A model generated the notes under the pieces. It was not told where the DNA came from. It made no database searches and saw only the letters and a list, made by a program, of their open reading frames with translations. Shown here piece after piece: positions 1 through 10,573 of a stretch of 40,445 bases of DNA. Every line of letters starts with the position of its first letter. Position 1 is the first letter of the stretch. Position numbers and translations under genes: made by a program. The stretch comes from a virus (lineage: Duplodnaviria; Caudoviricetes): IMG/VR virus record IMGVR_UViG_3300045738_000688, positions 1 through 40,445 of that record; one strand, written 5' to 3'.

Positions 1-1
1 C

Positions 2-3000
2 CAAGAGAACGAGCGAGACGCAGCATTCTACTCGCAGCTCGAACGGACACTCAGCAGCAAGCTACAGGGCAAGGCTGCATCAATCCAGCAGGTGAAGGGA
101 CTGCTCTCACCGAAGCACGGTGTCAAAGCCGAGGAAGTGAAGTGGAGCGGCATCGAGCAGTGGCTGGATGACAACGCCGATGCGAAGGGGAAGGTGAAGA
201 CTGCCGACCTGATGGAGTATGTGCGAAACGCTGGGCAGGTGAAGTTCGAGGAGGTGACTCGTGGTCAGGCGGTGAGCGGTTTCATCTTGTCTGACATCAA
301 TGGGAATCAGATACACGACGAAGTGTTTAAAACCGAGGCCGAAGCGACTACGGCAGCACTGGCCTTTACGGGTCAAAAGGCTTACGTCAGGGACTTAAAT
401 AAGTCGGCAGAGAACGAAACCCAATACAGCAGCTACGTGCTGCCGAACGGCGAGAACTACCGCGAGGTCGTGCTGACCATGCCCGTAGGATTTAGTGTAA
501 GCGCGAAAGACCTTACTGGAGAATCTGCAATAAATTTTGGATACCCAGATAAGTGGATTGTTTACGATAAAAATGGAAAACAAATACGACCACCCAATGC
601 TCGATTCTGGAGTGGCGATACTAAAGAAGAAGCTATAAGGAAAGCGTCTTATGAGATGGAGGCTAGGGAGGCTGAGTCTGGGAAATTCTACACATCCCCT
701 CACTTCTGGAACATCCCGAACTACGTAGCCCACATGCGCCTGAACGAGCGCGAAGACTCCGAAGGCAACGACGGTCTGTTCATCGAGGAGATCCAGTCTG
801 ACCGTCACCAGAAGGCGCGGGACAAGGGCTACAGTGGCGAAGATAAGACGGGTCTGAAGATCGTCGAGCGTGAGGATGGAATGTTCGGCATTCAAGGGGA
901 GGATGGAAAGAATGTGAATATCCGAATCCCTTCAGTTGGAGGATGGGAGCAGACAGTCACTTGGGCTAAAGATCGTTTAATCGTCGAGGCCGACCTTGCA
1001 AGACGGCAGAAAAAAGACTTAGAGCGTGGCATAGCCGACGCACCGTTCCGCAAGGACTGGAACATCCAGATGTTCAAACGCGCATTACGAGACGCAGTCG
1101 CCTCCGGCAAGGACTGGATCGGCTGGACTACGGGGCAGACACAGGCAGACCGCTACGACCTCTCGCAGAAGGTTGACTACATCGACTACGGCAAACGTGG
1201 CGACGACCTCACAGTCAGCGTGCATGCCTTCAACGGCAGTGAGCTATACCGCAACGACAACGCATCCGAGCAGGAGCTGTCCGACACTATCGGCAAAGAC
1301 CTCACGAAGAAGATCATCGAAGGTGCTGAAGCAGGCGTATCGAAGCGACTCACAGGTGCTGACCTGAAGCTCGGCGGCGAAGGCATGAAGGGCTTCTACG
1401 ACAAGATGCTGCCGTCAGCCGTGAACAAATACGTCAAGAAGTTCGGCGCGAAGGTTGAGGTCGGTGGGATTGATCAGCATATCCCCGATCACCTATCTTT
1501 TGACAAATGGCACATGGAAGAATACGGGGAAGAGTTCAACGCTCTGACGAAGGATAGTGAAATGCTCGGGAAGCGTTACGATGAGTATTCCAAAAAATGG
1601 GAGGTTGATCACAAATCGCAACCCATCCACAAGGTCGAGATCACCGATGCAATGCGCGAGTCAGTGCAGCAGGGGCAGGTGTCCTATCAGGTTGTGCAGA
1701 CGGACACCGCAGCCTTCAAGTCGTGGTTCAAGGACTCGAAGGTCGTCGATGCTGATGGGAAGCCACTGATCGTGTATCATGGAGGAGACATGATGGGGTT
1801 CGACGAGTTCGAAACCGAAGGGAAGGGCAAGACCGAAGGGACGGGTGCTTTCTTCACGAACGATTTCACAATGGCAAAGACCTACTCCAGCCACAAGGGG
1901 ACGGTATCCCCGAAGCCATCGCTTGAGCAGGTCATCAAAGATCCTGCCGCTTACGACTTCGAGGTTTCCTACAATGAGGAGTATGAGCAATGGGAGGCTG
2001 AATCACCAGTCGGACATCACGAAGGTGATACCGAAGAGGAAGCTATCGAGATGGCTTTCGATGAATGGACTGGCGAAGCGGAGAGCGGCATCTACGACGT
2101 CTATCTGAGCATGAAAGATCCTATGATCGTGGATGCCGCAGGGCAGAACTGGGACGACATCTCGGAGGGCTGGGATATGCTCAATGAAGACGGAGATGCC
2201 GAAGACACGGTTTACACTGAAGAGGAGGCAGACAAGCTCGTCGCGGACGGGAAGTTTGACTCTCACCGGAGGTCATACGGAAGGTCTACCGACGACATCA
2301 TCCGAGAAGCACACGACATGGGTGACGGCATTGACGGTGTGATTATCCGCAACGTATCCGACTCCGGCGCGAGCGGGTTCGGTGGAGAGAGCGGAGACAT
2401 CTACGTCGTATTCAAGCCCAATCAGATCAAGTCGGCCACCGATAACGTCGGCACGTTCGACCCTGCCGACCCTCGGATCACCTATCAGGTGACTGAGACC
2501 TCAGAGTTTAAGTCGTGGTTTAAGGATTCAAAGGTGCTAGACGAGAACGGCAATCCGCAGATCCTAATGCACGGCACCGCATCGGATTGGGACACGTTCG
2601 AAAAGGGTGCTGCTGTTGGTGGTATGCATCCAACGAAATCCCTTGGGTTCTTCGCCACTCCACTTGAGGAGACTGCAGCTTGGTATGCTGCCAACGCAGA
2701 GAAGCGTGGTTGGGGTGCAGGCAACAAGGCACGAGTCCTCAAGCTGTATGCTGCGATCACTAACCCATACGACATCAGTCGCGAGGACTTCTACGAACTC
2801 CAGATGCCACAGCAGATTTCTGAATTCAAGAAGAAGCTATTGGACGCAGGTCACGACGGTATCAAGGTGATCGACGACGACGGGACTGTGATTGAATACG
2901 TAGCCTTCAAGCCTGAGCAGTTCAAATCAGCAACAGACAACCGTGGCACGTTCGATCCGAACGATGCACGCATCACTTACCAAGTCGAGGCCACAATGGA

Positions 3001-6000
3001 TGACTTCACTAAGGAGAACGTAAGCGACATCGCAAATAAGACAGGCTGGATGATCTTCACTGCCGAGAACCCGAATGCCGTGCAGGTCTCCGATGGAGAG
3101 AACGTCACTCGCAATGAGGAGCTTCGCACTCACCTCGAAGCTCAGGGACTGGAACACCGACAGGTCGTCGGACGCTACGAGGGACTCGAGAATCCATTCC
3201 TCATCGTCGGCACCGATGACAGTCGACGCAATGCAGCCGCACTCGCACGAGAATACGACCAGCAGTCCGTCCTGACGCACGAAGGTCTGGTTTATCAGGA
3301 TGGCTCACTGCACGCTGCTACGGGCAAGACAGAGGTGTTCAAGTCGGCACCGAAGGATTACTACACGACGATGCCAGACGGCACGATGTTCGGCATGGAA
3401 CTCGACTTCAGCACGAAGATCGAGCCCGAGCCACCAATCAAGGAGACTGGCGAATCCGGCGAACTGGTCGACGGTGAGATCGATGGCGACACACTCGCTG
3501 ATCTGATCGACAAGCCATCCTTCCAAATCGAGGAAGACGGCTGGAAGACTCTCACAGCAAAAGACCTTCGCGGCAAGAAGCTGTTCGGTTTCTACGCAGA
3601 CCGCATGAGTGTCGGCACCTACACCGGACTCGACCCAGCGTCAGGGATCAACATTAAGATGCAGGGTGGAATCGACTATCCAATCCACCATAAGGGTGCA
3701 GCTTGGGTAGTCAGCAGTGATTCGATGCACTCCTCTCTGGCTAATGCTGCAGACTCTAGGGATGGCATCGCAGTCGTCATTGCATATGCCAGTGGCAACA
3801 TAACTGGCAACCCGACCTTCGCAGATGCTTATATCGCAGAGCTTAAGTGGGCTATTGAGTCGGGGAAGATTTCAAAGACAGCAGCCTTGAAGATATTGAA
3901 CAAGGTTCGCAAAGAGTCTGTCTCGAACTACAAGACGAAGCAACGAAACGACCAGCGCAAGGCCGACGAAGGTGGTGGAGCACAGGGGTTGATCGACAAG
4001 TTTCGAAAGGCAGCACTATCGAAGAATGGTAAGCTTACTGACAACCAGAATGAAGCCCTACTCGAATACTATGGCAGTGAATCTAAAGTGAATCGTCTCA
4101 TCTCCGAATTGAAGAAAGCCGAGGTCACTAAGTTTGTGAAGGACTTCGCTGCTGACTTCAGTAAGAAGCGATTGGCACCTTGGGCAATCCAGAACAAGAC
4201 GAACTGGAAAACGGTTGAAGAGTTCTTCGACTCGCTCACAGGACGTGGTGCCACATTCGATAGTCGTGGTGCTAAGATGTTTAAGACGGGAAAGAATGTG
4301 GAGGGCAACGTAACGGCTCAGAAGCTCGGAGCTAACCAATATTTAAAAGAAGGGATGCCAGATATTGAGCGCATGATTCACTTGATGGAAGTCGAAGGGT
4401 CACAGGACATTAACACCGGTGACATCCTCGGCCTAGTTCAGATCGACAAGGGTCAAGCTGGGCAAGCGGCATCTGCTTCGGACATCGGTGTGGACGAGCA
4501 CAAATCCTATTCGAAGATCCTGAAAGGCAAACCATACGGAAAACTTCCCAAGACAGTAAACATCCTCGACATCTTCAACCCTCGTGGTGGCTACTTGCCG
4601 CTGGCGGGTGAAGTGCTGAAATTCAAGGACGAAGGTCGTGTCGGTGAGTTGGATGAAGTTGCCTTTCAAATCGGACTCGACCCAGAGGCAGACTACCAAC
4701 GAGACCTCGATGCCATCGCGCAGAAGCTCTCGAAGGAAGAGGCGAAGCGACTCGCACAGATCCGTAAGCTGCACGACGCAGGCGAGGACGTGACCGACAA
4801 GCTCGAGCAACTCGACAACCTCCGCAAGTCAATGCCTACAGCCATCCGTCACCGTCTGGGTGGAGACGTTCAGATCAGTCGCCGGAAGACCGAGAAGGGA
4901 CGTCAGAGCGAGCTGAACCGACGCACGCAGAAGGCAGTCGAACTGGAGCAGTCACACGAGGCAATGAAGCGCAAGTCATGGCTTCGCCGGACGCTGAACC
5001 GATTCGGGGCAAGTCGTGGTGCCAAGCTACAAGGGCAATCGAAGGAGATGACGCAGAAGGTTCGCGACACTCTGAAGGTTGCAGCCTATGCAGCCAACTC
5101 GGATAGCTGGGAGGATGTCGTCAAGCGCAGCACGAAACCACAGTCACTCACTCAGGTCGAGTTCGAGCAGATTGCAGCCGACTTCGCTGGACTCTTGCAG
5201 CCGACCAATAAGAACGCAGCCAAGATCGAGGCTGCATACTATGCCGTCCAAGACCTCATGCGAGAGGGCAAATATACGATGAACAAGATCCGTGCTGATC
5301 GTCTCGCGATGTTCGAGAAGGCAACCGACGAGATCAAGGAAGGTGTCCTCGCCGGAGAGCGTGCGAACAACGACGCAGAGCAGAAGACTGCCGACGCCAA
5401 GAAGGGACTCGACGAGCGACTCACCGCTTGGGTCGACTCTGGCATGACAGGCATGACCGCAGGGTTCGAAAACATCGTCCGACGAATCGACGGTGAGCAA
5501 GGTGGTGCTCTATGGGAGTTCCTCTACGCTGACGAGGTCGACGGTGTGAATGCCTCCGTGGATCGCAAGAACAGCTACATGATGGAGCAGGGCGAGTTCA
5601 TAACCACGGGGCTGGCGAAGGCCTTCCCTGACCTCGTCGACAAGAACGGCGATCCAGACGTCACTGCCATCGTGCGCGAGCTGGCAAAGCTTGATGCTCG
5701 CCCAGCCAAGGCAACCGACACAGGCATTCGATTTGCCGACAATGAAAAGAGTGAGGTTCAAGCGCAGCCAGTCAGTAAGTCGGAAGCGATGTCCATCTGG
5801 CTCGTATTGCGTCAGGAAGGGTCTCGCTCTACCTTCAGGGATCAACACGCCATCACTGACTTCGAAGGCTTCCAGCGTGCTCTGGAGGAATACATCGGTA
5901 TCGATGGCATGGCCGTCATCGACAATGTAATCACACCATTCTACGAGGATGCCTTCTACGACCTGAACGAAGTCTTCAAGCGAGTCGAAGGATACGACAT

Positions 6001-7507
6001 GGACAAGGTGGAAAATTACTTCCGCTTCATGCGCGAGTCCGGCTTCGCAGGTAAGGACATCGAGGATGCCATCAACCCATTCGCCGGATTCACCGAAGAG
6101 AACTCGAACTCCATCGACAAGGGTGCGACGATGACTCGAACAGAGAATGCGACATCACCGTTCAAGTTCATCTCGGCACTGGAAGTCCTGACTCAGTCTG
6201 CAGGGTTCAATGCCAACTACATCGGCATGGCCGGACTCGAGAAGCGACTTCGCTACCTCCATACGAACGACGAATTTAAGCGTGCCGTGCGTCAGAAATA
6301 CGGCACCTCTGGGGTGCAGCAACTCCGCAAGGCTGCAGAGTCCGTGATTGCTGGACGCATCAAAGTCGAAGGATGGGGTGGCAGACTCCTCGAGGGCATC
6401 CGTTCCGTAGGCATAACTTCGGTTCTGGCACTCAAGCCGAAGATTGCACTCACACAGCTCACCTCTGGCATCGCTGGTATCGTCGAGATGCCTGCGCAGG
6501 AGTGGGTGAGTTGGGTCAGTAAGATTGTCGAGAACCCAACCAAGCACTGGAACATCATAAAAGGAACTCCAGCTATGAAGGATCGCATGAGTCGCGGACA
6601 GTCACAGGAGGTGCTCATGGAGCTCAACAAGATCGGGAGGCTCAGCCTTCAGTCTGGAGTGCTGGCTAAGCTGGAGACGGCTACACGCTACAGCATGGCA
6701 CTCATCAAGATGGGCGACATCGTAGGGGCAACCGTATCGGCTGCGCCAGTCTACTTCCACACATACGAAACAGTCCTCGCAGAGACAGGCGACGTCGGCA
6801 CTGCCAAGCGCAAGGCCGAGCAAGCTTTCAGCCGTTCGGTTAATCGCTCGCAGCAGTCACCGCACCTGTATGCACGGCCACAGGCTTATCAGAACAACGC
6901 ATTCATGCGGGTGCTCTATCAGTTCCGTTCAAGCCCGATTCAATACCTTAGTGAGACCCACATGGCTGTTCGTGAGTATGTCGCATCCCAGCGACGTCTC
7001 GACTGGTCACCTGAGAAGCGTGCTCGGGTGGCTAAGCAGTCTCTCAAGGCTATGTTCATTTACCACATTGCGATGCCTCAGTTCTTCTTTGCGGTGAACA
7101 ACGCGATGATCGGCCTATGGCTGGACGACGATGAGCGTCGGATTGGATACTGGCAGGGCATGCTCTGGACTCTCGTCTTCGGCAACTTCGGTGCCTTGCC
7201 TGTTTACGGGGACGCAATCGTGGCAACCTTGGCTGGACTGATGGACGTCGATCATTTCCCAGTCACCGTGGCACCGTCAGGATTGCAGAACGTGCAGCAT
7301 ATTGAGAAGCACGCAAAGCACCTCCTGAAGCCCGAGAGCATGGATGAGTTCCTTGACGGTGCGGCACACCTCCTCGACTTCTCGGGACTGGGAGCCAGCA
7401 CCCTAAAGGACGGAGTTCAGTCGACCTTCGATATGATCGATGAGGGTGACCCAACAGAGATGCTTGAAATCTTAGGGTGGTCAGATCACCTGTTCGGAGA
7501 CGAGTAA
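2..7507 (+). CDS. Giant polyvalent internal virion (ejection) protein, C-terminal part, 5'-truncated; two ART-like domains, DUF3293-like domain, helical C-terminus
   Basis: Frame is open from base 2 (QENERDAAFYSQLERTL...), so the GTG at 92 is probably not the true start. Motifs: YVLPNGENYREVVL...LFIEEIQSDRHQ; two FKSWF..SKV.D..G.P....HG...QIKSATDN.GTFDP modules (~1690-2488, ~2489-2985); WMIFTAENP (~3045). Sits before the tail fibre, like T7 gp16. Confidence 0.85.
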   Translation, partial: QENERDAAFYSQLERTLSSKLQGKAASIQQVKGLLSPKHGVKAEEVKWSGIEQWLDDNADAKGKVKTADLMEYVRNAGQVKFEEVTRGQAVSGFILSDINGNQIHDEVFKTEAEATTAALAFTGQKAYVRDLNKSAENETQYSSYVLPNGENYREVVLTMPVGFSVSAKDLTGESAINFGYPDKWIVYDKNGKQIRPPNARFWSGDTKEEAIRKASYEMEAREAESGKFYTSPHFWNIPNYVAHMRLNEREDSEGNDGLFIEEIQSDRHQKARDKGYSGEDKTGLKIVEREDGMFGIQGEDGKNVNIRIPSVGGWEQTVTWAKDRLIVEADLARRQKKDLERGIADAPFRKDWNIQMFKRALRDAVASGKDWIGWTTGQTQADRYDLSQKVDYIDYGKRGDDLTVSVHAFNGSELYRNDNASEQELSDTIGKDLTKKIIEGAEAGVSKRLTGADLKLGGEGMKGFYDKMLPSAVNKYVKKFGAKVEVGGIDQHIPDHLSFDKWHMEEYGEEFNALTKDSEMLGKRYDEYSKKWEVDHKSQPIHKVEITDAMRESVQQGQVSYQVVQTDTAAFKSWFKDSKVVDADGKPLIVYHGGDMMGFDEFETEGKGKTEGTGAFFTNDFTMAKTYSSHKGTVSPKPSLEQVIKDPAAYDFEVSYNEEYEQWEAESPVGHHEGDTEEEAIEMAFDEWTGEAESGIYDVYLSMKDPMIVDAAGQNWDDISEGWDMLNEDGDAEDTVYTEEEADKLVADGKFDSHRRSYGRSTDDIIREAHDMGDGIDGVIIRNVSDSGASGFGGESGDIYVVFKPNQIKSATDNVGTFDPADPRITYQVTETSEFKSWFKDSKVLDENGNPQILMHGTASDWDTFEKGAAVGGMHPTKSLGFFATPLEETAAWYAANAEKRGWGAGNKARVLKLYAAITNPYDISREDFYELQMPQQISEFKKKLLDAGHDGIKVIDDDGTVIEYVAFKPEQFKSATDNRGTFDPNDARITYQVEATMDDFTKENVSDIANKTGWMIFTAENPNAVQVSDGENVTRNEELRTHLEAQGLEHRQVVGRYEGLENPFLIVGTDDSRRNAAALAREYDQQSVLTHEGLVYQDGSLHAATGKTEVFKSAPKDYYTTMPDGTMFGMELDFSTKIEPEPPIKETGESGELVDGEIDGDTLADLIDKPSFQIEEDGWKTLTAKDLRGKKLFGFYADRMSVGTYTGLDPASGINIKMQGGIDYPIHHKGAAWVVSSDSMHSSLANAADSRDGIAVVIAYASGNITGNPTFADAYIAELKWAIESGKISKTAALKILNKVRKESVSNYKTKQRNDQRKADEGGGAQGLIDKFRKAALSKNGKLTDNQNEALLEYYGSESKVNRLISELKKAEVTKFVKDFAADFSKKRLAPWAIQNKTNWKTVEEFFDSLTGRGATFDSRGAKMFKTGKNVEGNVTAQKLGANQYLKEGMPDIERMIHLMEVEGSQDINTGDILGLVQIDKGQAGQAASASDIGVDEHKSYSKILKGKPYGKLPKTVNILDIFNPRGGYLPLAGEVLKFKDEGRVGELDEVAFQIGLDPEADYQRDLDAIAQKLSKEEAKRLAQIRKLHDAGEDVTDKLEQLDNLRKSMPTAIRHRLGGDVQISRRKTEKGRQSELNRRTQKAVELEQSHEAMKRKSWLRRTLNRFGASRGAKLQGQSKEMTQKVRDTLKVAAYAANSDSWEDVVKRSTKPQSLTQVEFEQIAADFAGLLQPTNKNAAKIEAAYYAVQDLMREGKYTMNKIRADRLAMFEKATDEIKEGVLAGERANNDAEQKTADAKKGLDERLTAWVDSGMTGMTAGFENIVRRIDGEQGGALWEFLYADEVDGVNASVDRKNSYMMEQGEFITTGLAKAFPDLVDKNGDPDVTAIVRELAKLDARPAKATDTGIRFADNEKSEVQAQPVSKSEAMSIWLVLRQEGSRSTFRDQHAITDFEGFQRALEEYIGIDGMAVIDNVITPFYEDAFYDLNEVFKRVEGYDMDKVENYFRFMRESGFAGKDIEDAINPFAGFTEENSNSIDKGATMTRTENATSPFKFISALEVLTQSAGFNANYIGMAGLEKRLRYLHTNDEFKRAVRQKYGTSGVQQLRKAAESVIAGRIKVEGWGGRLLEGIRSVGITSVLALKPKIALTQLTSGIAGIVEMPAQEWVSWVSKIVENPTKHWNIIKGTPAMKDRMSRGQSQEVLMELNKIGRLSLQSGVLAKLETATRYSMALIKMGDIVGATVSAAPVYFHTYETVLAETGDVGTAKRKAEQAFSRSVNRSQQSPHLYARPQAYQNNAFMRVLYQFRSSPIQYLSETHMAVREYVASQRRLDWSPEKRARVAKQSLKAMFIYHIAMPQFFFAVNNAMIGLWLDDDERRIGYWQGMLWTLVFGNFGALPVYGDAIVATLAGLMDVDHFPVTVAPSGLQNVQHIEKHAKHLLKPESMDEFLDGAAHLLDFSGLGASTLKDGVQSTFDMIDEGDPTEMLEILGWSDHLFGDE

Positions 7508-7554
7508 AGCCCTTAACCATAGACACTAACAATCAAGAAAAGGTAAAAAAGATC

Positions 7555-10044
7555 ATGAGCTTAACGGAACAAACACCACGGACAGACGTAATCCTGTCCA
7601 CCGCAACGGACGTAATCCCGTTCACGTATCAATTCGATGCCGACACAGAACTGCTGGTCGTCAGCGATGGTCGTGGCACGCTAATCCTGACCACTGACTA
7701 CACGGTCACTGGTGCAGGCACAGACATCGGTGGCGACGTGACGATGGTTACGGGCATCGAAGCCGAGAAGATCACCGTCCTGCGGAACACACCGCTCAGT
7801 CAGACTCTCGTGCTTCGCGTCAATGGACGGTTCTTCGTGACGGACATCGGGGAGTCTCTGGACAAGCTGACGAAGATCGTGCAGGAGGTTGATGAAGAGC
7901 TGGCACGCTGCCTGAAGACCAGCGTGTCCGATGGCACCGCACTTGACCTGCCGGACGCAGCCGAACGACTGGGTGGGCTGATCCGGTTCGATGAGAACGG
8001 AGACCTGCAAGTCGCAACCGAGCTGGGTGACTGGGAAGGTGAATGGGTCACAGCAACGGCATACGATCAGTTCGATATGTTCCGAGTGTCAGCAACGGCC
8101 TCTGTCTATCATGCACTCGTGGCACACACTTCAACGAATATCGTGGCTGATCTTGTAGCAGAACGCATTGCAGTGCTTATTGATGGTAGTGCTATTTTGG
8201 ATGCTGTCGCACTTGCTGAAGCTGCGGCTGCTAACGCGGCAGCGAGTGAGCTTGCAGCATCTTTCTACGAGGCGGATGCACAGGACGCAGCAACAGCGGC
8301 ATCACTGAGCGCGGTTAACGCGGTAGCAGCAGAGGAAAACGCGGAGGATTGGGCGACCGCCCCAGAAGACACCCTTGTCCCAGCAGCGGCAGGAGGCAAT
8401 GGGGTTGATGACTTTTCATCTTTGCACCATGCAGCGAAAGCAGACCAAAGCGCAACGGACTCAGCCAACAGCGCAGCAGCAGCGGCAGCAGTTCCAGCCG
8501 CACAACTCAACCCCAAAGCGTTTGCGGGGGGTGTGGAGTTAGATGGTGGCACTGGAATGGTGGTTGTTTCAAATTTCCCCGCTCCGACCGCTCATGGGTT
8601 TTCGGGGGGGTGTCGGGTTAAACCGAAAGTCTTGGCGGTCGGAGCGCTGATCGCGCAAGATAACACAAGCGGACAGAGGCACTTCATTTTTAGAATCAAG
8701 GACACCAACGGTGGGCTACAAGTGCTCTTATTTGACTCTGGTGCTGCCACGAATTTCACCGCGTTCTCAACCGCTGCGGGTTTGGTGTCGGCAGGGCAAG
8801 ATCACCGCCTTGCGTTCAGCTACAACGGCACAGACGTGACCGTCTTTGTTGATGGAGTCTCAAACACTACAACGGGGGCTGATACTGGCACTGGATTTTC
8901 CGCGTTTGGCACTACGGCAGAAGACTTAACCTTCGGCACGAATGCGACAGGTGCTTTAGATATTCAAGGGACGATTTCCAATGGGTTCATTAACACCACC
9001 ACCTTGACAGCCGCACAAGCCGCAGAGATTCAAATTCAGGGAATCAGCGGGTGGCTTGCGGCAAATCCTGCTTATCAGTGGGCAAGCCCCGATATTGGTG
9101 GGTGGTTTACGGCTGATTGGTCAGTTGGTCTTGATAGTTTTCGCAACACAAATTGGGGAGGCACTAACGGGATGTCTGGCAACAATGACAGTGTTGGTGC
9201 AGCAGGTGATTTGCGTGATGATTGTATTGTTTTCGCAGAGAACGGTGTGGAAGATCGCTTGGCTATCGGGCGCAGTAGTGTGCTCACAATAGGTAAAGCA
9301 TACACCGTAACCTTTGAGGCTTACCAAAGCGCAGGAAATGGCTTGAGCTACTTCGGATTGCGCGGGATGGGTTTAGACGTAGGCAAAGTTTATTCCGTCC
9401 CCTTCCCATCTGATGAGTGGATGGACGTAACAATAACAGCAATTTCCACGAGCACTGGTTTTTTGTTTTATGGTTCCCTTACTGAAGGGAATAACCAGTC
9501 AGCACACTCTCACACTGTTCCAGTAGGCGAGTTTGTAGCTGTGCGGAACGTTAAGGTGACTGAAGCGGGTTGCCTAGCATCCCTTCCAATGGATGAGGGT
9601 GTTGGCTTCCAGCTTCGAGACCAGTCACCCAACCACTTTGATGCCTTGCTTTCTGAGACAGGCACAACGCACTTGATCCCCAAGCGCGAGGGGTTCATCC
9701 GTGACTTCAATGTTGATGCTTACAATGCAGCGGCAGGGGTGGTTGAGATTGTCAGCTCATCCCGCGACATCCTCCCAGCTGGTGCAATTGTTACAGATGC
9801 GCAGATTCGCAATAATGCAGCGGGTTGGGTGTCGGCAGGGTTGCTTGATCTGGAACGCTCCAACCGCACCCTTCAGGAAACTATTGGTGACAATGCCGTT
9901 GGTGTGGCAACCACACAACTCGGGCAGCTATCCACTGATGAGCGCGACCAGACTGAATCTTACAAAAACATTGTGCTGGATGCTTCGGGTGACACTGATG
10001 CAACTGACGTTGATGTCCGTGTTGACTACAAACTCATAGATTAA
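7555..10044 (+). CDS. Tail fibre / receptor-binding protein with T7 gp17-like N-terminal anchor and LamG/concanavalin-like lectin domain
   Basis: N-terminus IPFTYQF...LILTTDYTVTGAG..GGDVT...ITVLRNTPLSQ...LDKLTKIVQE, then an Ala-rich coiled coil, then HRLAFSYNGTDVTVFVDG (LamG-like). ATG at 7555 is preferred over the track start at 7477. Confidence 0.85.
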   Translation: MSLTEQTPRTDVILSTATDVIPFTYQFDADTELLVVSDGRGTLILTTDYTVTGAGTDIGGDVTMVTGIEAEKITVLRNTPLSQTLVLRVNGRFFVTDIGESLDKLTKIVQEVDEELARCLKTSVSDGTALDLPDAAERLGGLIRFDENGDLQVATELGDWEGEWVTATAYDQFDMFRVSATASVYHALVAHTSTNIVADLVAERIAVLIDGSAILDAVALAEAAAANAAASELAASFYEADAQDAATAASLSAVNAVAAEENAEDWATAPEDTLVPAAAGGNGVDDFSSLHHAAKADQSATDSANSAAAAAAVPAAQLNPKAFAGGVELDGGTGMVVVSNFPAPTAHGFSGGCRVKPKVLAVGALIAQDNTSGQRHFIFRIKDTNGGLQVLLFDSGAATNFTAFSTAAGLVSAGQDHRLAFSYNGTDVTVFVDGVSNTTTGADTGTGFSAFGTTAEDLTFGTNATGALDIQGTISNGFINTTTLTAAQAAEIQIQGISGWLAANPAYQWASPDIGGWFTADWSVGLDSFRNTNWGGTNGMSGNNDSVGAAGDLRDDCIVFAENGVEDRLAIGRSSVLTIGKAYTVTFEAYQSAGNGLSYFGLRGMGLDVGKVYSVPFPSDEWMDVTITAISTSTGFLFYGSLTEGNNQSAHSHTVPVGEFVAVRNVKVTEAGCLASLPMDEGVGFQLRDQSPNHFDALLSETGTTHLIPKREGFIRDFNVDAYNAAAGVVEIVSSSRDILPAGAIVTDAQIRNNAAGWVSAGLLDLERSNRTLQETIGDNAVGVATTQLGQLSTDERDQTESYKNIVLDASGDTDATDVDVRVDYKLID

Positions 10045-10048
10045 AATT

Positions 10049-10573
10049 ATGAATGAATTATACTTACATGCCGTGACCCTTGGGGGTCTGCACTACAAAC
10101 GCACTGGCAAGGGTGGCGGCTATTCCGCTCCGTTGCCTTTCCCTCCTGAAGCCGACGCATACAGGGCAACCTTTGACAAGGAGACGCTGACGCTGACTTG
10201 GCTGATCCCGAACCCACCTATTGACGAAGTGGCACAAGAGCCCACCGAGGGGAGCTACACCTTCACCCCCGAAGAGATTGAAGCGGGCAAGGTCTTTGTG
10301 ACCACACCGAAACCCGCACACGTTCCGGCGAGGGTGTCCAAGCTTTCTATGGCTCAAGCGATCACGGCAACAAACGGCAGGCGACTGATGACCCTGCCTT
10401 CCCTCGTCCCTGCTGAGTCTAAGGAGGACGTGGAAGAGTTCCTTTCCCTCTCCGCTTACATCGTCCGCTCTCACCCGATGATCCCCACGGTCGCAGCCCT
10501 ACTCGGGTTCGCTACTGATGAGGATATTGATGCGGTATTCGTGCTGGCTGAGAAACTGGCATACAAGGCATAA
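10049..10573 (+). CDS. Tail fibre-associated protein
   Basis: Directly follows the fibre gene; C-terminal VSKLSMAQA...IVRSHPMI..VAALLG...IDAVF pattern is of the type seen in fibre-adjacent phage proteins. Confidence 0.6.
   Translation: MNELYLHAVTLGGLHYKRTGKGGGYSAPLPFPPEADAYRATFDKETLTLTWLIPNPPIDEVAQEPTEGSYTFTPEEIEAGKVFVTTPKPAHVPARVSKLSMAQAITATNGRRLMTLPSLVPAESKEDVEEFLSLSAYIVRSHPMIPTVAALLGFATDEDIDAVFVLAEKLAYKA

Noticed and set aside
7555-10044. Diversity-generating retroelement targeting the fibre, as in BPP-1
   Set aside because: No reverse transcriptase and no template/variable repeat pair seen.
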